A stretch of 64,000 nucleotides of DNA from Alphaproteobacteria bacterium (lineage in GTDB: Bacteria > Pseudomonadota > Alphaproteobacteria > Rs-D84), in contig WRCA01000004.1 in assembly GCA_009784275.1 (NCBI GenBank), positions 5,748 to 69,747 of the forward strand, read 5' to 3'. Positions within the stretch are counted from its first letter, which is position 1. Each line of letters opens with the position of its first letter. Below, piece after piece: positions 57,680 through 64,000 of this stretch. Below the pieces are notes generated by a model. The model ran no database searches. It had not been told where the DNA came from and saw nothing but the letters and a program-made list of their open reading frames with translations. Position numbers and translations under genes: made by a program.

Positions 57680-58201
57680 ATGAAAAAATTGCAAATGAAG
57701 TTATGCGGCGACCTTGTGCTGCGCGAAAAATGCGCGCCGGTGGAGAATATTACGCCAAAAATTCTTGATATGCTGCGTGACATGACGGAAATGATGGATG
57801 AACAAAGCGGCGTAGGCCTGGCAGCGCCCCAGGTTGGGATTCCTTTGCGTTTCATTGTGATGAAGGAAGTAAAAGACCGCAAAGACCCCGGCATATCGCA
57901 TAAAATGCTCAATCCGAAAATTATATCGAAATCAGAAAAAACCTGTGTAATTGAAGAAGGATGCCTGTCGGTACTGGGTTCTAATGATTTGCCAATTTAT
58001 GCGGATGTGGAACGTCCCGAATCAGTCACTGCCGAATGGACCGATGAAACAGGCGTTCGTCATCGGAAAGAATTCGATGGCCTTACCTCGCGCATTATTC
58101 AACATGAAATTGACCACTTGGATGGAATTTTGTTTATAGATTATTTATCGCCGGTAAAGCGCGAAATGGTAATGCGAAAAATCAGAAAGAGAAAAGCGTG
58201 A
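57680..58201 (+). CDS. def: Peptide deformylase
   Basis: Motifs GVGLAAPQVG, EGCLS and QHEIDHLDG. Confidence 0.9.
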   Translation: MKKLQMKLCGDLVLREKCAPVENITPKILDMLRDMTEMMDEQSGVGLAAPQVGIPLRFIVMKEVKDRKDPGISHKMLNPKIISKSEKTCVIEEGCLSVLGSNDLPIYADVERPESVTAEWTDETGVRHRKEFDGLTSRIIQHEIDHLDGILFIDYLSPVKREMVMRKIRKRKA

Positions 58202-59004
58202 AGTTAATTCTTATGGGCACGCCACAGTTCGTAGTCCCAATTTTTGATAAAATCGCGGGCGAACATGAAATTGTCACGATTTTTACACGTGCGCCGAAGC
58301 CGGTTGGACGTAAAAAAATCCTGACGAAATCCCCGGTACATGAATGGGCAGAAAGCCGAGCGATCCCAGTACATACAAGTATCAAAGAATTTCCATCATC
58401 CGTCGAAGTAGATTTTATTATTGTTGCCGCATATGGCGTAATTTTGCGTGAAAATGTTTTATCTGCGGCACCTTGTTTGAATATTCATCCCAGTGACTTG
58501 CCGAAATATCGTGGCGCGGCGCCAATTACTACATCGATTTATAATGGCGACACGGAAAGCGCAGTGTGTTTGATGAATCTGGTGACAGAAGTCGATGCGG
58601 GCGATGTTTTTATGCGCGAAAAATTTGAAATTGGCGAAAACGATACAACCTTTGACATTGAAAAGAAGGTAAGCGCGATTGGTGGCGAAATGGTCTTGGA
58701 GTTTTTACGCAATCCAGAAAAATATCCATCAATACCGCAGGTCGGCGAACCAACCTTTACAAGAAAATGGACAAGTGTGGATGAATTGATTGACTGGTCA
58801 CGCAGTCCGCGCCAGATTCACAATCAAGTACGCAGTATCGGTGGACGGACCAAGATAAATGGTATTGATGTGAATATCTCGGGAACAAAAATGAACGGTG
58901 ACCAACTGGAAATATTACGCGTTCAACCTGCGGGCAAAAAGCCGATGGATTGGAAATCTTTTGTAAACGGTCTTCGTGGTGCAGAAATAAAATTTGGAAA
59001 ATGA
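58198..59004 (+). CDS. fmt: Methionyl-tRNA formyltransferase (short, 268 aa)
   Basis: Formyltransferase motif NIHPSDLPKYRGAAPI. def-fmt operon. Confidence 0.8.
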   Translation: MKLILMGTPQFVVPIFDKIAGEHEIVTIFTRAPKPVGRKKILTKSPVHEWAESRAIPVHTSIKEFPSSVEVDFIIVAAYGVILRENVLSAAPCLNIHPSDLPKYRGAAPITTSIYNGDTESAVCLMNLVTEVDAGDVFMREKFEIGENDTTFDIEKKVSAIGGEMVLEFLRNPEKYPSIPQVGEPTFTRKWTSVDELIDWSRSPRQIHNQVRSIGGRTKINGIDVNISGTKMNGDQLEILRVQPAGKKPMDWKSFVNGLRGAEIKFGK

Positions 59005-59777
59005 CACGTTATAAGCTCACTCTTGAATACAATGGAACAACGCTGATTGGATGGCAGGAGAATATCCAAGGGCCGTCGGTGCAATCTTTGGTTCGGGATG
59101 CTGTTTTCAAATTCTGCCAACAGGATGTCGAAGTTATCGCAGCCGGCCGGACAGACGCCGGCGTGCACGCGCTGGGCATGGTTTGCCATTTTGATATAGT
59201 GGGCGATTCAGACGCAGAAACAGTTATGCGCGCGCTTAATTTTTATCTGATTGATTCACCTGTTGCTGTATTGGATTGCGAAATTGTGTCAGATGATTTT
59301 CATGCTCGGTTTTCTTGTACCTGTCGTAATTACAGATATATAATTTTAAATCGCCGTGCGCCGGTGATCATGGATAAGAATATGGTTTGGTGGATTCCTC
59401 GACCATTGAATGTGGAAAAAATGCAAGCAGCGGCTGCAAAATTAGTCGGAAATCATGATTGGACCAGCTTTCGCGCGAGCGAATGTCAGGCGAAAAGCCC
59501 AATAAAAACCCTTGATAAAGCCGATATAGAAATTTGTGATATGGCGTATGGCGAAAAAGGTGAAATGCAGGGCCAGTATATAATTATGAATTTTTCCGCG
59601 AGATCTTTCCTGCATCACCAGGTTCGAAATATGGTTGGGACTTTGGTTGAAATTGGCCTGGGTAAGCCATTTGATATAGATGAAGTATTTGCGGCGAAAA
59701 ACCGCAGCGCGGCCGGGCCTACTGCGCCATCGTCAGGGCTTTATTTTGTTTCGGCCGAATATGCCAATAACGATTAG
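59001..59777 (+). CDS. truA: tRNA pseudouridine(38-40) synthase TruA
   Basis: Start MTRYKLTLEYNGT. Catalytic RTDAGVHA. ATGA overlap with fmt. Confidence 0.85.
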   Translation: MTRYKLTLEYNGTTLIGWQENIQGPSVQSLVRDAVFKFCQQDVEVIAAGRTDAGVHALGMVCHFDIVGDSDAETVMRALNFYLIDSPVAVLDCEIVSDDFHARFSCTCRNYRYIILNRRAPVIMDKNMVWWIPRPLNVEKMQAAAAKLVGNHDWTSFRASECQAKSPIKTLDKADIEICDMAYGEKGEMQGQYIIMNFSARSFLHHQVRNMVGTLVEIGLGKPFDIDEVFAAKNRSAAGPTAPSSGLYFVSAEYANND

Positions 59778-61656
59778 CAATTACATATTCCACCCTTCCG
59801 TTTTTATAAATCACAAATCCTTTACTCAAAATTTCAGCTTTGCAATTCGATGCATTGGTTATATTCAGATATGAAGCTATGAAATCATTTTCCGTGCATA
59901 ATTCTTCCATATGATTTAATAAAGGCATAAATTTTTGAGTATATGCCAAAGACCAATTTTCAGTCTTGATTATACATAGACCTTTTTCGCACTTTATTCG
60001 CAGGTTTGTTGTGCCGGTTGGCTCGAAATTCGAAATCTTCCAAGTATCAAAAGCGAAATAATGATTACTGGCTTTGTTTCTGTTAAAGTACAGCTTGCCA
60101 TCTTGAACAATCGCAATTAATTCATGGTCTGCGGTTGTGTAGAAAATTGGACGGGGTTTTGCCACTATTATAATTACAGATAATAAAACGCAAGAAGCAA
60201 TTGCTATGATTTTAATTTTCTTATTTTTGACCAGCATCAAACATAATAATGCCGCCGTGAACAATGCCAGGGCAATTCCCGGCATATTTGGCGTCTGAAG
60301 AAATGCATAAGGAAATGTAGAAATCCATTCAGCGATTTTCAATGTAAAGTTATAAATATTTTCCGCCCAAGTGGTCATCCCAATCATAGTCAGCGGCATA
60401 ATCAGCAGCGAGAAAATCGGTAAGCAAATAAGATTGCCAATTAAACTATAAATTTGAACGTTATTAAAATGATATGCGATAAATGGCGCAGTAAAGATAC
60501 TAGCAATTATTGTCGTCATAATCATGGCATGCAAGGCGCGCCAGATTTTCTTCCAGAATGACAGCTTTTTGTATTCCGAGCCTCCGAAGAACCAAATCAT
60601 TCCGAAAATTGCGCTGAATGAAAGTTGAAATCCGGGCTCTACTAGATAATGCGGATTTGTGAGCAGCAACCCAGCAAATACCAGCGCCGCATTTCGCATA
60701 GTAAACATGGTTCTGCCCGCAATAAATGCAAGGAACATTAAGCTGGTTGTTAGAAAAGCCCTTTGGGTTGCGACTTCCGCGCCACTAATGAATAAATAAA
60801 ACAGCAAGCCGAACCAAGCAAAGACCATCGCGGGGTAACGTGCCGGAATTCTCCGTGTGATGGGCGGCATGCTTCGAAAGAAAAAATAAAACATCGCGAA
60901 CAGCCATCCGCCGACCAGCGTTATATGAAATCCACTGATGGAAAATACATGCATAATCCCGGCGGCTTTCCAAGCATTATTTTCTTCAAACGTTAGTGAG
61001 TTTTTATATCCAAGAACCAATGAATCGAATAATTTCGAATCCAGCTTTTTATGCAGCTCATTCCGCAAGGTAGCGATATTGTTTGCAGTATTTTCTTTGG
61101 TAACTGTTATTTTGGTTAAATATCCTGTCGCGGACAATCCGTCGAAATAAGTCCATTCTGCAGAATCAAATCCACCCGGAGCATCCGCAGGCGAGGGAGG
61201 AAACAATGTCCCATTCGCGGTAATTTCATCGCCGATATTCGGCGTTGTCGCATCAAGCGGCAATGAAACGCGAACGAGCATGGATGGCAGCTTTTCCGTT
61301 TCATTGGTTTTAATAAACGCGCGGATTTTATCCGGCATATAATCTATATTCTTTATACTGCCGGAAATTTCGATATCCCGCTTTGGATTTGAGATATATG
61401 GAATATCGATAAAGCGGGTATGCGCGGTGGCATAGAAAAATCCAAAAAGAAATGCAAAAATAATCGGAGCGAGATTATGTTTCCGCCAGATGAATAGGTT
61501 TACAGCACAAAGTAATGATATTAAAAATGGATAAGCAATTGCGGGTTCGAAAGGCAAAGCAAAATAAATTGCGATACCCGCACAGAACGAGAAAAGAGCA
61601 AATGCCAAGGTCATGTCAAAAATTCTGGCACAAACGGAATTATTTCCCAAATACAA
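59719..61656 (-). CDS. comEC: ComEC/Rec2-family DNA internalisation channel protein (no C-terminal beta-lactamase domain apparent)
   Basis: N-terminal DUF4131-like TM region. Competence-domain polytopic core. Length 645 aa. Confidence 0.65.
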   Translation of the reverse strand: MYLGNNSVCARIFDMTLAFALFSFCAGIAIYFALPFEPAIAYPFLISLLCAVNLFIWRKHNLAPIIFAFLFGFFYATAHTRFIDIPYISNPKRDIEISGSIKNIDYMPDKIRAFIKTNETEKLPSMLVRVSLPLDATTPNIGDEITANGTLFPPSPADAPGGFDSAEWTYFDGLSATGYLTKITVTKENTANNIATLRNELHKKLDSKLFDSLVLGYKNSLTFEENNAWKAAGIMHVFSISGFHITLVGGWLFAMFYFFFRSMPPITRRIPARYPAMVFAWFGLLFYLFISGAEVATQRAFLTTSLMFLAFIAGRTMFTMRNAALVFAGLLLTNPHYLVEPGFQLSFSAIFGMIWFFGGSEYKKLSFWKKIWRALHAMIMTTIIASIFTAPFIAYHFNNVQIYSLIGNLICLPIFSLLIMPLTMIGMTTWAENIYNFTLKIAEWISTFPYAFLQTPNMPGIALALFTAALLCLMLVKNKKIKIIAIASCVLLSVIIIVAKPRPIFYTTADHELIAIVQDGKLYFNRNKASNHYFAFDTWKISNFEPTGTTNLRIKCEKGLCIIKTENWSLAYTQKFMPLLNHMEELCTENDFIASYLNITNASNCKAEILSKGFVIYKNGRVEYVIANRYWHIRPKQNKALTMAQ

Positions 61657-61954
61657 ATTCAGGGTTGTTAGAAAGACGGATTATTTCGTCCATATCGTCA
61701 TTTTCGCTGGCGCGGCATCGCGCAATCTTACCGCATTTTTCACATTTATGAATGATAATAAATTTGTCGCCAGTAGTTTCAATGCCAATCGGCTTCATCA
61801 GTCCGCCACATGTCGAAGCCCGGTCGCCTGGATTTATATCGACGTCTTGCGACCAGAGACAATGCGGGCAATGGTTGGTATAACCGTCACCTTTTACATG
61901 CGCGCTGCAATGCGCGCAGGTAAAATCTTCAATGTTTTTGGTAAATTTCTTCAC
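61640..61954 (-). CDS. RNHCP-domain protein
   Basis: Motifs CAHC...YTNHCPHCLWS and CEKCGK, matching the RNHCP zinc-binding family. Confidence 0.6.
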   Translation of the reverse strand: MKKFTKNIEDFTCAHCSAHVKGDGYTNHCPHCLWSQDVDINPGDRASTCGGLMKPIGIETTGDKFIIIHKCEKCGKIARCRASENDDMDEIIRLSNNPEFVFGK

Positions 61955-62199
61955 AGCCCCAACGCGTCGCGGTACATTTTCATCAGTTCATCTGCTTCAT
62001 CCAATTCATCTGGGTCCAATTTGCGCAGGCGTATCATTTGGCGGATGTATTTCGGGTCATATCCTGCGGATTTTGCTTCCGAGTAAATCTCTTTGATATC
62101 CGCCGCAATTGCCGCGGTTTCTTCGTTCAATTTTTCAACACGCTCTATAACAGAAATCAGCTGTTTATTATCGATAGAACCATGATTTTCTTTGGCCAT
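61951..62199 (-). CDS. gapR: GapR-like DUF2312 (UPF0335) DNA-binding protein
   Basis: Start trimmed to MAKENHGS (82 aa). Matches the GapR pattern LxSxIxRxEKLxxExAxIxxDIKEIYSEAKxxGYDxK...IRLRKxD. Confidence 0.7.
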   Translation of the reverse strand: MAKENHGSIDNKQLISVIERVEKLNEETAAIAADIKEIYSEAKSAGYDPKYIRQMIRLRKLDPDELDEADELMKMYRDALGL

Positions 62200-62311
62200 A
62201 AAATCTCCCTTGTTTATTTGCGAAGTTATGTTATCATTGCAAATTGAAAACACAAGAAAAAATAAACCGCGGCAAGGTCGCCTCCTTGGTCGCAAAAAAA
62301 GAGGTATTTTT

Positions 62312-63703
62312 ATGAGTAAACTCACCAAAATAATCGCGTCGATTGGCCCAAACAGCCAGGATTATAAGATACTTAAATCTATGCTCGAGCATGGCGTGGA
62401 TGCATGCCGCCTTAACTTCAGCCATGATACAGGCGAGGTTCAGGGTAAAAAAATCGATATGATACGAAAAATTTCCGCAGAGCTAGATCGTCCTATTGCT
62501 ATAATTGCAGACTTGCAAGGGCCAAAGCATCGCATAGGCGACTTTAAAACCGAAAATCATTATCCTTTGAAGGTCGGACAAGAATTCATACTGGATAATA
62601 ATCCGGAACGCGGCGATGAAACCCGCGTCTGCTTGCCGGACAGCAATGTATTAAAATCTTTAAAAGTCGGCGATCGAGTGCTACTTAATGATGGCAAGAT
62701 TGAACTGGAAGTTCTGAATAACAGCTGCACGGTTGATTCTACATTCTGTTCTGTCACCACAAAGGTAAAACGCGGTGATGAAATATGGTCACGGCGTGGG
62801 TTTAATATTCCCGACACGGAAATAGAGTCTTCGATTCTGACGCCGAAAGACCGCGCTGATTTGGAATATGTTCTGACCAAAAATCCGGATTGGGTTGCGA
62901 TTTCATTCGTGCAGCGTCCAGAAGATGTGGCAGAGGCTCGTGACTTTATAACCGCGCATTCATCGGCGCCGGTAAAGATTATATCGAAAATAGAACGTCC
63001 CCAGGCTTTGGAAAAACTGGAAGAAATTATTCAAATCAGCGACGCGATTATGTTTGCGCGCGGTGATTTGGCCGTGGAAGTGCCATTTGAAAAATTGCCT
63101 GCGTTGCAAAGACGTTGCATACGCCTGTGCCGCAAGATGAATAAGCCTGTTATTGTCGCAACACAAATGTTAAGTAGCATGGTTCATTCCGAATTTCCTT
63201 TGCGTGCGGAAATTTCCGATGTTGCGCTGGCATCTTATTTGCGTGCGGATTGCGTAATGACCAGTGAAGAAACCACCATCGGTGATAACCCTGTGAATGT
63301 TATCGATACTATGATGAAAATCTTGGTCAGCGCGGACGAGGATGTTTCTGAAAATGGATATGACTGGTCGCGGACGGAACATCTGCCGGAAAATGATTGG
63401 TCTCGCTCTGTCGCGTCACTGGCTTATCTTAATAAAGCCCAGGCGATAGTTGCGTTTGATACCGGCACAGAAATTGCAACGCCGATTTCTGGTAGAAAGC
63501 CCGACGTTACGATAATAGTGGTTTGCAATGATGCCATCGATGCGAACCAGCTGTGCCTTTCGCGCGGGGTTTATCCAGTCTTTGACGCCCAGCTGTTCGG
63601 TCAAAGGGATGCCTTTGGCGCGGCGAAGCGTTTGGGCATTAACCGCGGCAAACTGGTTGTTGTGGACGAAAATAAAATTTCACTACGCGAAATTAGCGAA
63701 TAA
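62312..63703 (+). CDS. pyk: Pyruvate kinase
   Basis: ATG at 62312 with an AAGAGG RBS. Motifs TKIIASIGP, NFSHD and MFARGDLAVEV. Confidence 0.85.
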   Translation: MSKLTKIIASIGPNSQDYKILKSMLEHGVDACRLNFSHDTGEVQGKKIDMIRKISAELDRPIAIIADLQGPKHRIGDFKTENHYPLKVGQEFILDNNPERGDETRVCLPDSNVLKSLKVGDRVLLNDGKIELEVLNNSCTVDSTFCSVTTKVKRGDEIWSRRGFNIPDTEIESSILTPKDRADLEYVLTKNPDWVAISFVQRPEDVAEARDFITAHSSAPVKIISKIERPQALEKLEEIIQISDAIMFARGDLAVEVPFEKLPALQRRCIRLCRKMNKPVIVATQMLSSMVHSEFPLRAEISDVALASYLRADCVMTSEETTIGDNPVNVIDTMMKILVSADEDVSENGYDWSRTEHLPENDWSRSVASLAYLNKAQAIVAFDTGTEIATPISGRKPDVTIIVVCNDAIDANQLCLSRGVYPVFDAQLFGQRDAFGAAKRLGINRGKLVVVDENKISLREISE

Positions 63704-63706
63704 TAA

Positions 63707-63740
63707 AGAAACGGGGCGCAATGCGCCCCATTTTTATTAA
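63707..63740 (+). terminator. rho-independent terminator (ggggcgcaatgcgcccc + TTTTTATT)
   Basis: Seen in the sequence, directly after the pyk stop. Confidence 0.7.
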
Positions 63741-63777
63741 TTGACCAATTATAGGGATTTTTTGTATTCTTTCTTTT

Positions 63778-64000
63778 ATGAAAAAATTGTTGGCGGTTTT
63801 TGCCTTTTGCCTTTTGCCCTTTGCTTTATCGGCGGCGGAATACAATGCTGTTCTGGTTGCGGATATGGATACGGGCAAGGTACTTTATTCCGAAAACGCA
63901 AATGATGTGAATTATCCCGCAAGTCTTACGAAAATAATGACATTGTATCTGACATTCGATGCATTGGAGCACAATCGTCTTAACCTGGATGATCACCTGA
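63778..64000 (+). CDS. dacA: D-alanyl-D-alanine carboxypeptidase (PBP5/6 family), 5' part truncated by the window end
   Basis: Signal peptide followed by the SxxK active-site context YPASLTKIMT. Confidence 0.6.
   Translation, partial: MKKLLAVFAFCLLPFALSAAEYNAVLVADMDTGKVLYSENANDVNYPASLTKIMTLYLTFDALEHNRLNLDDHL

Noticed and set aside
1-64000. Transposase, integrase, phage or plasmid genes that might explain the island and the tRNA duplicate
   Set aside because: None were recognised in any frame. The mobility signals are limited to repeats, the inverted-repeat element and the tRNA fragment.

Overview
This 64 kb window looks like a chromosomal segment of an alphaproteobacterium, most likely an obligate intracellular lineage (Rickettsiales or Holosporales). 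GC is about 43%. That call rests on family-specific features: an 828-aa archaeal-type ValRS, a GapR-like DUF2312 protein, an RNHCP-domain protein, a yfgM-bamB gene pair, an alpha-type RpoH, and MliC. All gene assignments are motif recognition from memory; no database search was run.

The backbone is densely packed housekeeping genes: lptD (3' part), surA-like, rlmN, parA, parB, gpsA, rsmG, metG, queH, der, rpoH, yfgM-like, bamB-like, mliC, mrcA (PBP1A), dnaQ, a UvrD-type helicase, comF, valS, acyl-ACP thioesterase, rpmH, gyrA, a MerR-family regulator, rpmE, a partial dcw cluster (mraY-ftsW-murG), a MarR-TolC-adaptor-RND efflux operon, a HAD hydrolase, rmuC, def-fmt-truA, comEC, gapR, pyk and the 5' end of a dacA-like gene. 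Three tRNA genes were found (Val-GAC, Glu-CUC, Gln-UUG), plus a degenerate partial copy of tRNA-Glu.

Accessory content and the main candidates for novelty:
1. A cluster of five paralogous polytopic membrane proteins at 40054-46754 (one divergent, four co-directional and translationally coupled). They carry a VirB6/TrbL-like core motif, yet no other type IV secretion genes lie in the window. Two of them contain repeats prone to slipped-strand mispairing: a (TTGGCTT)x4 heptamer run and a G9 tract.
2. A ~3.3 kb island at 5430-8968, bounded by ~40-nt imperfect direct repeats and a family of small palindromic hairpins. It encodes a 655-aa secreted, Cys-rich, eukaryote-like protein (GCC2/GCC3-like CxxCPxG modules plus Listeria-Bacteroides-type repeats).
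3. A 170-bp element at 15735-15904 with perfect 20-bp terminal inverted repeats.
4. A DUF115/GT42-like gene split by a frameshift (56146-56758).
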